Shown here: piece by piece, positions 12,565 to 25,024 of the stretch | Layout of the letters: each line of letters opens with the position of its first letter | Position numbering within the stretch: the first letter of the stretch is position 1 | Source: Azolla caroliniana | Lineage: Eukaryota > Plantae > Polypodiophyta | Assembly: GCA_043228905.1 (NCBI GenBank) | Contig: JBHGNT010000012.1 | Location: 18,848,001-18,912,000, forward strand | Direction of reading: 5' to 3' | Length of the DNA: 64,000 bases | Translations under genes and position numbers: made by a program | The notes under the pieces: model-generated | Database searches by the model: none | Told to the model about the DNA's origin: nothing | The model's input: only the letters and a program-made list of their open reading frames with translations

Positions 12565-13076
12565 GTAGAAAACTATATATTAACAAGAATGACCAATAAC
12601 GACAGTTACAAAGAAGAGGAGAATGTGGTTATGTAGTCACTTTCTCTCTATACTCTCTCACGACAACTACCTCTTGAGAAAGAGGCAGAGTCTTAACTAC
12701 CTACTAATTATGTGTCATAGGAGTTAAGTTCTATGACACATTCGTTATGATACAAAGTAGTGATGGTGTGTCCACACACTTGTGGTCTTAGGATGTGTTC
12801 ACACCATAGGGAAGTTGAGTTTGCTTCTCAACATGCCCCTTCAAATACAGCTTCCGGTTGTTGGATAGTCGGCTTGGGTCTTGATTGGTATCTTGGTCGA
12901 CTTCGGTAGTCAAGTCTGGCTTCTACTGTGGATGGCCTGTTCACTTCGTTTTCTGTGTTTGTTTTGCTTCGTCTAACTCTGTGTCGGTCAACAGCTCCTT
13001 ACTCCCCCTCAAGCTCAGCTAGTTGGTGGTTAACAGTCCTAAGGTTCGTCAAGAACTGCCACAACTTGTCGGCTCC
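12560..13076 (-). mobile_element. 3' end of an old Ty1/copia element (host of copy B; continues at 31968-32475)
   Basis: The RNase H tail ADIFTKALGA|DKLWQF is split by copy B. PPT-like AGCTTGAGGGGGAG on the minus strand near 13000. Left boundary is approximate. Confidence 0.65.
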
Positions 13077-13574
13077 TGTTACCGATTAGGAACACTGTCT
13101 ATGTTGGGAATCGACGTTTCGATTCTCCTTCGTCTCTTCGGCCACAACCGAGTAAGCGCGAATCAATGCAGCAGAAAAATAGGAAACCACAGAGAAAGAC
13201 ACGATACACAGGGATTAACGTGGAAAACCCTAAACGGGAAAAACCACGGGAGTACAAGACTCCAAACCACTATACACAGAGAAGTATACAATGGCGAGCT
13301 ACAAGGCGACGACCTTGAGCTCACTGTCTTCGCCACAGGCGGCGGTAATACACAGAGGCGTCGACCTCTTCCTTTCTCTCTCTCTCTCTCTCGGCTGCTC
13401 TCACTTCGCTCCCTCTAAGTGGAAAACAGAAAATGAGCAACAACTTACAGCAGCAATAAACAGTTTGCCCTAAGTCATATTTATACACATATGACTTTCG
13501 GGCTATTTACAAATATAGCCTCAAGGGCCCTTGGCAAACATATTCACAAATATGTCCCCGCATCCGGATCTCTC

Positions 13575-13700
13575 TCTCCGGGTACATTCGTCATCCGGCT
13601 CCGTAATCGGGATCTTCATCATCCGGCTCCGTAACCGGGGTCTTCATCATCCGGCTCCGTAGCCGGGTACTCTTCATCCTCCGGTTCCGTAACCGCAACC
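13575..13700. repeat. ~28-bp tandem repeats in the copia LTR U3 (also ~18315-18440)
   Basis: About four copies of TCATCCGGCTCCGTAACCGGG(A/G)TCTTCA. Confidence 0.8.
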
Positions 13701-13767
13701 GGGCTTGCCGTCATCCATCTCCGGACATCCCATCCGGAGGGACCGTAAATCCCAACAAACTCCCCCT

Positions 13768-16700
13768 TCACTTCGGAATGGGATGTCTTTCCAGTCCGAC
13801 CCTCTTCCGGCACGCTTCTAGCTTGTCGGGTGTGAGCACTTTGGTCAGCATATCTGACCCGTTCTCGTCCGTGTGGATCTTCGTCAGCACGAACTCCTGG
13901 TCTTCTATCCTTTCCCGGATCCAGTGATATCTTCGCTGGATGTGCTTCGTCCGGGAGTGATAGGCCGCGTTCTTCGCAAGGTGGATGGCACTCTGACTGT
14001 CGCAGTAGAGTCGGTACTCCTCCTGCCGGATACCGAGCTCTCTAATGAAGTCCTTCATCCATATTATTTCCTTGCCGGCTTCAACAGCCGCCATGTACTC
14101 CGCCTCCGTGGTTGACAATGCAACCGTCTTCTGCAGCCTCGACTGCCATGAAACAGCTCCCCCTGCATACGTCATCACATACCCTGATGTGGACCGGCTG
14201 GTATCTGCATCAGCCGACATATCCGAATCGGTGAAACCGTCGAGTTCGGGCTTTCCGGAGCCGAATCGGAGGCACACGTTTGCCGTGCCCTTCAGGTATC
14301 GGAGTATCCATTTGACCGCGTTCCAATGCTCTTTGCCGGGATTGCTCATGTACCGGCTAACCACTCCAACTGCATATCCTATGTCTGGTCGGGTACACAC
14401 CATTGCGTACATCAAGCTCCCGACGGCAGAGGCATATGGTACTTTCATCATGTCCTCCTTCTCAGCCTTTGTCTTGGGGCTTTGCTTGCTGGACAGCTTG
14501 CAGTTTGTCGGGAGTGTTGACCCGACCGGTCTTGCCTCCGACATGTTGAACCGGTGAAGCACCTTTGTCACGTACTTCTCCTGTGACAGCCACAACTGCT
14601 TCTTCTTCCGGTCCCGGATGATGTGCATCCCTAGTATTTGCCTCGCCGGACCCAGGTCTTTCATTGAGAAGGTTCGGTGAAGGGCCTTCTTCAGCATCCG
14701 TATCTTGGCCTGGTCCCGTCCGACGATCAGCATGTCGTCCACGTACAGGAGGAGTATTAGAAAGTCTCCTCCTTCGAACTTCTTCACAAACACGCAGTGA
14801 TCGGACTGCGTTTTGTGGTACCCTTCGTTTGTCATGAAGGAGTCGAACTTCCGGTACCATTGCCGGGGAGCCTGCTTTAGACCGTAAAGGCTCTTCTTCA
14901 ACCGGCATACCAGGTGCTCCTTCCCTTTCTTCTCGAATCCTTCCGGTTGCTGCATGTAGATCTCTTCTTCGAGGTCACCGTGAAGGAATGCCGTCTTCAC
15001 GTCCATCTGTTCTACCTCGAGGTCCATGCTTGCCGCTATGCTCAGCACCGTCCAGATGGAGGTCATCTTCACTACCGGGGCAAATATCTCGTCGAAGTCG
15101 ACGCCCTTCTTCTGCTGAAACCCCTTCACCACGATCCTGGCTTTGTATCTCGGGGGGTTTCCGGCATCTCCCGGTTTCAGCTTGAACACCCACTTGTTAC
15201 GGAGTGCCCGTTTTCCTTTCGGCAACTCCACAAGTTCATATGTGTGGTTCTCATGCAGGGAATCCATCTCCTCCTGCATGGCACTCAACCACCTGCGGCT
15301 CTGGGTGTCATGCTTTGCTTCTTCAAAGCTCTCCGGCTCCCCCTCGTCGGTTAGCAGCACGTGCTCTGGTTCCGGAAATCTCCGGGGGGCCCTTCTCTCT
15401 CTTAGAGGATATCTCCGTTCCGGGGCTTCGGTAACCGGCTCCTCCGTTTCCTCTTCATCCGAATCCATTTCGGGATCGGGGCCGGTTCCGGTATCATTTT
15501 CATCGTCTTCGGCCGGTTCTGTTTCTTCATCGTCTTCGGCCGGATCTTCGAGTGTTAACCGGTCCCTTGCCGGTCGGGACTGCTCCTCGTAGAGTTGATC
15601 CTCACCGGTCGACTTGGAGCTCTTCATCTTCTTCTCCGACTCCCAGTCGGCGAGTGTCTTGTCCTCCATGAAGATGATATCTCGACTCCTGAATATCTTC
15701 TTGTCGACCGGGTCCCATACTCGGTAGCCGAACTCGTCGTCGCCGTAACCGAGGAATATGCATGGCCGGGTCTTTGGATCTAACTTTCCTCTCCGGTCCT
15801 TTGCCACATGCACGTATGTGAGACACCCGAACACCTTCAGATGCCGGTAAGATACTTCCCTACCGGTCCACACTCTCTGCGGCGTGTCTCCGTCCAAAGG
15901 TACTGAGGGTGATCTGTTTATCACGTACGTCGCCGTCGACATTGCCTCAGCCCAAAACCCCTTGGGTAATTTCGCATGCGCTAGCATACTCCGAACCCTC
16001 TCCATTATGGTCCGGTTCATCCTCTCGGCCAGCCCGTTCAGTTCCGGCGTCTTCGGCACAGTAAACTCGAGTCGGATTCCCTTCGAGCGACAGTACTCCT
16101 GGAACTGCCCCCGGTATTCCCCTCCGTTATCCGCTCGTATCGCTTTCAGCTTCTTGCCGGATTCCCTTTCCACTCTCGCGTGGAGTTCTTTGAAGACGCC
16201 CAACACTTGGTCCTTTGTCTTCAACGGTGCCGTCCACAGCTTCCGGCTGTGATCATCAATGAATGTCACGAAGTACTGGGCTCTGCCATGTGACTTCGTT
16301 TCTACTTGACACACGTCAGTGTGCACCAGCTCCAATGGTGCACTACGTCTCGTCGGTGGCCTTGAGTGGAAGGAGGTCCGGTTTTGCTTACCGGCCAGGC
16401 AGTCGGTGCACTTCTCCAGGTGCACATGCTTCACTGGAATAAGGTTGTCTTCTGCAAGCCTCTTCATCCCCTTCTCACTCATGTGGCACAGTCTCTTGTG
16501 CCACAGCTCACCGGCAGTGTCAGCTGCCACGTTCAACTCTTCCGGACACAACCGGGCATTCATAAGGTACAGTGTGTTGACTTTCCGGGCCCGAGCCACT
16601 ATCAGGCTCCCCTTGCTGAACTTCATTACGCCGTTCCGGATGCTACCTATGTAGCCTTCATCGTCTAGCCTCCCGGCCGAAATCAGGTTCAATCGAACCT

Positions 16701-17809
16701 CCGGAACGTGTCGGACATCCTTCAGCAGCATTTTGCATCCGGTTGATGTCATCAGCCACACGTCTCCTATGCCGGCAATCCGGCACGTACCTTCATTTCC
16801 CATCCGGACACAGCCATGCACTCCGGCTGTGTAGGATGAGAAGTATCTTCTCTCCGGGGTCAGGTGGAACGATGCTCCGGAATCGACCACCCAGGTCGTC
16901 TCATCGCCGGCAACGTTTAGTTCACCTTCTTCGGTGATGAGCATGATCTCTTCTTCACTTGCCGCGAGTGCCGTCGTTCCTTTCCGGTCCTGCCCTCGCC
17001 GATCCGGACCTCTCCGGTCCGTGGATCCCCGGTATGCACCGTTTCGTTCCGGTGACTTCTTCGAATCGGTGTCGTCGGCTCCGTTGTCTTTTCGGTAATG
17101 CCGACAATTCTTTCGGAAGTGCCCCGGCTTCCCACAGTGGAAGCATGTGGGTCTTCCTCTTGACTGCAACCGGGTCCCCGACTTCTCCCGTCTTTGCGGA
17201 CTCCGGTTCCATTGTCTTCCCCGATCCGATTCGGTAAGCAGCGCCTTCGGGTCGGAGGCCGGTTCTTTATCTCTCCGGCGCGCTTCTTCGTTCAAAATAC
17301 TTGTCTTTACCGTTTGTAGAGACAAGTTATCTTCGGTGCAGGAGGTGCTGAGAGTCACCACCAAGTTCTCCCAGCTTTCCGGCAATGTACACATCAGAAT
17401 GATGGCTTGCATTGCATCCTCCAACGGGAACTTGATCGCCGCAAGCTGGTTCACGAATCCCATGAACGTGCTTACGTGTTCCACCATACTCTCGCCGTCC
17501 CGGTACTTGAGGTTCACTATCTTCCTCATCAGGGAGGTCCGACAGCTTCCGCCACATCTCGTATGCGTTGGTGTCGTTCGCCACATGTTGTAGAACGCTC
17601 ACGTCGACGTATTGCCGGATGGTTGCAACGGCTTTCCGGTTCAGAAGCCTCCATTCCGTCTCAAGTACCCCCTTCGGTATTTCCGACCTGTCAATCGGTT
17701 CGTACAGGTCCCGAACAATCAGAAGATCCTCCATTTTGATCTTCCAGTCGGCGTAGTTCTGCGCATTCAGCACCATCATCCCCGGCTGCCCGCTGCTGCC
17801 GCCTTCCAT
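13768..17809 (-). CDS. pol: Copia gag-pol polyprotein (gag, PR, INT, RT, RNase H) with one frameshifting deletion near 17540
   Basis: 1272-aa ORF with CFHCGKPGHFRKNC, VVDSGAS, WHKRLCH..CTDC, IRADNGGEY, YVDDML and SDMLTK. The N-terminus (ATG 17809) is in another frame. Confidence 0.93.
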
Positions 17810-18922
17810 TTTCTGCACTGCCGTCGCTCTGATACCACTTTGTTGGGAATCGACGTTTCGATTCTCCTTCGTCTCTTCGGCCACAACCGAGTAAGCGCGA
17901 ATCAATGCAGCAGAAAAATAGGAAACCACAGAGAAAGACACGATACACAGGGATTAACGTGGAAAACCCTAAACGGGAAAAACCACGGGAGTACAAGACT
18001 CCAAACCACTATACACAGAGAAGTATACAATGGCGAGCTACAAGGCGACGACCTTGAGCTCACTGTCTTCGCCACAGGCGGCGGTAATACACAGAGGCGT
18101 CGACCTCTTCCTTTCTCTCTCTCTCTCTCTCGGCTGCTCTCACTTCGCTCCCTCTAAGTGGAAAACAGAAAATGAGCAACAACTTACAGCAGCAATAAAC
18201 AGTTTGCCCTAAGTCATATTTATACACATATGACTTTCGGGCTATTTACAAATATAGCCTCAAGGGCCCTTGGCAAACATATTCACAAATATGTCCCCGC
18301 ATCCGGATCTCTCTCTCCGGGTACATTCGTCATCCGGCTCCGTAACCGGGATCTTCATCATCCGGCTCCGTAACTGGGGTCTTCATCATCCGGCTCCGTA
18401 GCCGGGTACTCTTCATCCTCCGGTTCCGTAACCGCAACCGGGCTTGCCGTCATCCATCTCCGGACATCCCATCCGGAGGGACCGTAAATCCCAACAGTCT
18501 ACTCTCAGTCCTTCGAGGTAGACTTCAAGGTGATTGTGGTGCAAGGAATAGATCCGTAGGTGGGCAAAGTGGAATAGGCTTACAAAGCAAAGCGTATCGT
18601 TTGGACGTGAAGCGAGAAGGCTACAACCGAAACTCACCAGTCATATACACACTTAGCCTACGCTTACTAGCCCACAGTTACCAACATAGTACTACACCAA
18701 ATCAGTAGATGACTTACACAGACACAGGAATAAGAGAAGATAGTACTGTATTACAAAAGGTAGCTCCCTAATTACACGCTAGCTCTTTACAGAGGATTTC
18801 TGCCCTTTATATACACAGGGCTTTTAGTTCGTTGCACTCCTAGTGTGAACCATTACATGCGTTTCCTTAACGCTTCTAATAATATATTCTATTCGTCTAA
18901 GCGTTAGGTCCAGCAGACAACA

Positions 18923-18965
18923 CTTGGCACGCATGTGGGACAGTGCCTTGGCACGTTGGACCTGT
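18923..18965 (-). other. tRNA-3'-end-like / inverted-PBS motif at the PPT position (copy B)
   Basis: Minus strand: ACAGGTCCAA-CGTGCCAAGGCACT-GTCCCACATGCGTGCCA-AG, then LTR TGTTG. Confidence 0.8.
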
Positions 18966-18969
18966 CCCT

Positions 18970-20887
18970 CTACTCATCGTTCAAAATGTCCAGGACATTC
19001 GGCTCCGTCCGTACGGTCTAGTTCGGGAACGGCGTGATGTCCGTAGGTGCTTCGTTGTTCTGCTCGACCGGCTCCTCCAATTGCGTGTCGTCTACTTCAC
19101 CACGTTCGGCTGGTGTGTGAGTTCCCATGTTGTCATCTGTACTCCGCGTGATCAGGGCCAACTCCGTTGGTTCGATGTCCGGATCATTCCTCCAAGGTTC
19201 TGGCGTGGGCTCTTCAGTCAGTGGGAAAGCGGTTGGACGGGGCTCTTCCTTGTCCGTTTCTTCCGTAGCATTGACAGGCGTAGTGGTCACCTCTAGAGGG
19301 TTGTTCGAATTGGGCTGAGGCTCATCTTGTTTGGTGGAATCACTGTCTGGTACCGCAATTGTCTCCGTCCTCTACTGACCTCCATTAACCTGCGGAAAAT
19401 GTCTTCCTGACTTTCCCCAAAATCTTCCAACAGCTGCGTGAGTGCTTCGGAGTGCTGGTCCGCTAGCGTGCAATAGTCTTGCGCGAGATCTTCGCATACT
19501 ACTGCAATGCTTTCCTCATTGAGCTTGTAGAAGCCTCTGCCTTCTTTTCGTCGGTTCTCCCAGTCCGCATGGTAGGTGTGCAATTCTGTTGTTTGCGTTG
19601 CCCACGCCGTCCATCCTTTGTCCAATGCCGCTTCCAACTGTGCCGTAAACCGCTCGCGATTTGTTTGAAGAGGGACGCATACATTGTCCGTTATTGTTTG
19701 GGAGTGGGTGTGTGCTTCGTCCAGGGCTTTCTTGAGTTTTTCGATTTTACGCTTATTGGCCGTTCAACCGTTTCCTAATTGAGGCTCTTCATCTTCGTTT
19801 ATATCTGGGACTCTTTCAAGTGTAGTTCCTCGAGCTGGCCCATTTCATTGTTCATGCGGGCTTCTACCTGATGCTTCAGTTCCTATTCTCGCACGAACGG
19901 CTCGTTGTACCACGCTTTCTTCCTTTCCAATAACTCTTGGAGCCTCCTGATAACGACTTCTGTCTTTTGGGCTTCCTCACGCAGCTTCATGTTTTCTTCT
20001 TTTGTGCCAGTATGCGCTGCTGTCTCTACCTCGAGCTTATCCTCCAGTGCTTTCACCACCCTTTGTCCTTTTGTCTAGACATCTTTTCTCTTTCTGATGA
20101 TTGGCGCAGTTCTGCGCGAAGGCGGTCAATGTCGGACTCGGCTAACTATGTAGCTCTTTTTGCTTTTGCGGTGATGGCGGTTTGTGCTTCGACCTCCTCC
20201 CGTAAAGTCGTCGATGTGTCATCGCTGGATGCCAGTCCAGGGTTTTGTTGCGCTGTAGTTGCGCTGTGTTCTAATTCCACAATGCGCTCTTGGGCTTTCT
20301 GTAGTTGGGTTTGAGTTAGCTTGACTATTTTCCAGACATTCTTATTTTTGATAGCCATATCTTTGGCTCCCATACTGACTGTGGCCAACTCCCTATATAC
20401 TTCGACGAGGGTCGTATTCAATGGGGGTAATTCAATGCCCATGCGGCAAATCCCTGCGTTCTGTTGTCCGCCTATCTTGGTGTTAGGAAACAGGTCCCTC
20501 CGGATGGGAAGTGAGAAGAACAGTGTTGAGGAGCAAACTCGGCAAAGGCCGAAACCGGATGTGGAGTACCCGGCAATGGAAGACCCGGTGAGAACCGGAT
20601 GAGGAGCACCCGACAATAGAAGACCCGGTGAGAACCGGATGAGGAGTACCCGGAAACGGAAGACCCGGTGAGAACCGGATGATGAGTGCCCGGCAAGTGC
20701 CGGATGATGCAGGCCCGGTGAGGAGTGCTCACCGGATGAAGGGACATATTCGTAAATATGTTTCTGAGAGTCCATCGGGGCTATATTTGTAAATAGCCGA
20801 AAAGTCATATTAGTATAAATATGACTTAGGGCAAACTTAGTGATGTTGTTGTCATTCTTGTTGGCACAAGATTAGAGCGCAACAATG

Positions 20888-20921
<34 letters not shown>

Positions 20922-22270
20922 GAGGTCGTTGTCTCTATTGTAACCGTTGCATGTGGCGAAGATAGCAAGCTCGAGGTCGTTGCCTCGGTGCTTCTCTATT
21001 GTACATTCGGATATAGTGATAGTTTGCAGTTTGTGGGTTGCCGTGGTTTTTCCCTAGTTTGGGTTTTCTACGTTAACATCCTGTGTACTCTTCTTATCTT
21101 CACTGTGTCGTGCGTTCATTACCCGTTTACTGTGTTTGATTCTATGCTCGGTTGTGGCCGAGCGCTGTTCATCGGGAGCGTGTATTCCTGTCACTTGGCG
21201 AGGGGTCCTCATCGTCGCTTTCCGCCATTCTCGTTAGTGCACACTCAATCATTTGCTGTTTTGCGTGCTCCTCGGCCATTCTCTAGGACACCTGATCTAT
21301 TGTGTCGCCAAAAATTCCATGAGTTTGTAAGTCGTCCCAAACTGTAACAACGAACTGAACTCATGGGCCGTATCCGGGATGTTTGGATACTTGAGAACTT
21401 CTCTTTCTGCTGTGTGCACTCCTTTGCCACGCTGCGACTGAGCCGTAATGATCGGTTGTGGTTCCCAGATTATCTCCAATGTAGTTATGTGCTCCGTAGG
21501 GGCGGAAGTGTGAACTGGTGCGACTGTATCTTTGACCAGTTCGCGGCCATCCTTCTTATCTAATCTTCGCTGTTTTGGCCTGGGGCTTTCTTGATTTTGT
21601 TTCGTTTCTTGCTCCGTCGTTGCTGTTGGTGCTTCGACCAGCCTTGCTGGTTGTTCCAGCTGCAATGATTGCACTACGGGGTGGGAAGGTTGTGGTTCCT
21701 CTTCCCATTCTGTGGTTGTCATTTCTGATAACTGTCGTTTCACGGATTGTGGCGGAGGTGTAGGTTTACTAGGCGGTGGGGTAGGCAGACCGCGATGCGG
21801 AAACAATATTGTAAGGTATTGTTGTATAATCGGCCTTAGCCTTTTGCCGGCCTGGTATGCGTGCAGGCCCTCTCTTAGTGCTGGTCCTATAATCACTCCC
21901 CAATCTACTACGCGCCCTTCGGCATGCCGTACGTGTTGACGTGCACGCAACCGACCTCAAGTAGGAACTTGGCTATTTCCCGAAAGAATGGGTTCGGGAT
22001 GTCTTTTGTTTTGTATGCCTTGGCTGATACGGAGTATTCCCCAAAATATTCTTCTAGGGTTTTTGTAGGGGGAATGTCGAAGTGTTTCTCCTGAGTCGCA
22101 GATAGGTCCAATTTTTTTCAAATGGTGGCGTTTGTCACAGTGTCCACATTGAGCTTTTTGGCGATGTCAAGAGCATCAGGGTGTGATGGTGCCTCGGCAA
22201 CCCTAATGTACCCCTCAAAACCCTTTTCCCAGAGCCACCTGCGTAAAGCTGCAGAGATGGGAATTGGCAT
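18970..22270 (-). pseudogene. Disrupted extra ORF of copy B (interrupted by a solo LTR)
   Basis: Starts MPIPISAALRRWL..., matching copy A MPLAASQETRSWL...; contains ENRRKEGRGFYKL; ends NVLDILNDE*. Confidence 0.8.
20481..21193 (+). mobile_element. Copia solo LTR
   Basis: TGTTAGG...CCTGTCA flanked by TSD CTTGG (20476-20480, 21194-21198). Related to the 13102 LTR family, with ~39-bp internal tandem repeats. Confidence 0.88.
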
Positions 22271-23401
22271 CGTGGGCGGAAGAGGCTCGTATAGAATAGG
22301 TGAAGCTCTCAAACTACGGTGATCGTGGACTCTGTGGTATGGTGGGGAGCGAGGAGGGCGACGAGAGTTAGTTTGTTTTTTGTAGTGTGCAGAAAACCTT
22401 CTTTTCCCCTCTTTTTGTGCTCTAGGGTTTATTGGCTTGTGTGACATCGTGGTGCCGCGTGTGCTTGATCTTGAAGTTTGTGCATGCATAACACCGTTTA
22501 ATAGTCGTGACTATCTTCTCTCTCTCTCTCTCTCTTTTTAATGGTAAAGTACAATATTACTGTTACATTTTATTACACTTGGGTCCCAACTACTGGTTAG
22601 TGGAGGGACCTCTCTGCCGTATCAGTTACGGCGTGCAACGGGTTCGGGGGCATAGGTCCAAGATAAGCTTTTAATTGGAACCCATTTACTTTTTGCCGAA
22701 GTATAACTCCAACAAGGGTACCCAATTGGAAGGTGTCATTTTCTGCTCCAACTATCCAATACGACCCTGTCCAGTGGAACCGTAACTTACCTGGCATTTG
22801 ACCCATGCGTGTTTGAAAGAACAATATGGCCTTCCCAATTGCAAAGCATTTCTCCCTTGTCCCCCGATGTCAATCCACGAATGCTTTACACCGTTGCTAC
22901 TCTTGCTCGAGTATGGCCATACTATGGACCCGAGCCTCGGCTAATTCGAGGAGTTGTTGTAGCCGTATTTGCTCGGACTTTCCTTCTGACAGTTGGTCTC
23001 GTACTTGAATTCTCAAACTGGGCACTTGGAATTCGATGGGCATTACGGCTTCTAACCCAAACGCTAGCTGAAAAGGTGTGGACTGTACGCTAGTTTTGTA
23101 ACTAGTCCGATATGCCCACAAGGTGTTGTGCAGCTTGGTATCCCAGTCTATTCTATTCTCATTCACAATCTTTTTCATTATGGTCTGTAAGGTCTTGTTC
23201 GTGGACTCCACTAACCCATTCGCCTGCCAGTAATATGGCGTGCATTTCTTATGCACTACGACATAATGGTGTGTTAGCTCGTAGATGACTGAATTCAGAA
23301 AGTGGCTCCCTTGATCACTGATGAGCTCGATTGGGCAACCAAACTGACACCAAATGTATTCGTAAAGAAATTTTTCCGTGGATGCTGTCGTATTATCCCG
23401 T

Positions 23402-23777
23402 TGTCGTGAAGAAAACCGTCCCTAGGCGGAAACCGGGTATAACGTGCGTAAACCGGCCCTTACACGTGGGCACAAGTTTTGTTGTATAGTACGTAGATAG
23501 GTACAAGTTGGCTGAGGTGAAATCCTAGGTAGCATGCATTCATTAGGGAGAAAATCGAGGCGTATCCCTATCCGAAAGGACAGGGAATAAACATGATGTA
23601 ACGGGTGGTAACGGCCTCCCTCCTTGGGCTATACGCATTTTGTGGAGGATGAAGTGTTGTCGGACTGGAACCAAGTTCTTCTCCTCTATCTTCTCCATAG
23701 TCGTTTTGTGTAGGTTTTCGGGAGGCTGACTCTGCTCCGCGGAACGCCCGAGTGCTTCCGGAAGAGTCTCCATCTCG

Positions 23778-23827
<50 letters not shown>

Positions 23828-24265
23828 GCGTTAGAGCCTATCACTCGCCGGCTTGCCAGTTGTAGCTCCTCGATTTATATATATACATATACATTCGTTC
23901 TGTCTCCATCGTTCGGAGTTAGTTGCAACTCCTGTGAATCTGTGTTTCTGTGCACGTGTAGAGTACATCGGTAGTTTCCTTCCCCTCTTCTCATTTGGTT
24001 ATTTCTCGGTCCAAGGCCCTTGTGGTCCCGCCTCGTTCTGGAATGGACCCCGTGGCATCTGTGCGAGCTCCGTAGGTTGCCCCAACCGTTGACATAGATC
24101 ACACTACCTATAGTATTGATTTGTGTCTTTCGGCATAGTTGGCCACCATAGACATGCTTGCCATATTTTTCAGGCTGTAACATCGCCCGCGTAATGTTCC
24201 CCCACCGTACCGCAATGAGCTTCACGTAGAACGGTTTCCTTTTAATCTTGACGTATCCCGCGTCG
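23402..24265. mobile_element. Truncated LTR of the TGTCGTGAAG gypsy family inside the copy B integrase
   Basis: Starts TGTCGTGAAGA, like 27096 and 55725; contains (TG)n at 23783-23824. Part of the host integrase is missing at the right junction. Confidence 0.65.
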
Positions 24266-25024
24266 CTAGATCCCATCGCTACCCTTGTGGTAAAGTACTC
24301 CTTCTACTAGACAAAAGTTACAACTGCGAACAACGAGGCGTTTCTTTTCATCCGTCCTTAGCTGCGAAGGTGGCAGTCCTGTGGTCAGAAAGTACGTCAT
24401 TTCCACCAGCCAACGATCCAGAAAATTCGTCTCTGCCTGTGATGTCATAGTCGCGATCCTTAGAATATGAGCGTTAGGAAAGTCATCATCGTCCCTCACC
24501 GCATTATCGCCATTATCCACTCTGCTTAAGAAATCAGCTACGGCATGCTTCGTGCCCGACCGATGCTGAATTGCGAAATCAAACTCCTGGACATCCATCT
24601 GGCCAACTTCTCTGTCAGTGCCTGTTTCTCAACTAGATACAGTAACTCCACGTGATCGACATGAAACGTAAATCTGCGCCCTAGCAGATAATGCCGGAAT
24701 TTGTTGATGCTATATATCATCCCGAAGGCTTCACGCTCGACTATGGAGTAGTTCCTCTCGGCAGTTGATAGTTTACGACTGGCATAATAGACCGGTCTGT
24801 ACCAACTCGGCTTTGTGAGTTGCCTTAATGCGCTGCCTATTGCTATATATGAGGCATCCACAAAGACGTGAAACGGTTTAGTCCAATTTGGTGGTTGTAC
24901 GACCGATGCTTGAGTTAACATTATCTTGAGTGCGTTGTAAGCTTTCTCTTCTATTGTCGTCCACTTGAAGGGCGTTCGATGTACGGCGGCGTGTAATGGG
25001 TTCGCAAAATCCGCCAAGTACCGT

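Larger units (their letters stand above)
13102..18496 (-). mobile_element. Young full-length Ty1/copia element (Tnt1-like protein) inserted in the 3' LTR of copy B
   Basis: 656-bp LTRs at 13102-13757 and 17841-18496 (two differences seen by eye); TSD GTCTA at 13097-13101 and 18497-18501; PBS TGGTATCAGAGC 17826-17837; PPT AAGGGGGAGTT 13758-13768. Confidence 0.97.

Noticed and set aside
13873-18212. Many plus-strand ORFs
   Set aside because: Antisense shadows of the GC-rich copia polyprotein, or LTR sequence.
18923-18941. Ordinary PBS of a plus-strand element starting at this LTR
   Set aside because: All coding domains of copy B are on the minus strand and its true PBS is at 31480-31494. The same arrangement in A, C and D argues against a one-off misorientation.
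20555-20740. Regularly spaced repeats resembling a CRISPR array
   Set aside because: They are tandem repeats in a copia LTR without unique spacers, with no cas genes and a eukaryotic context.
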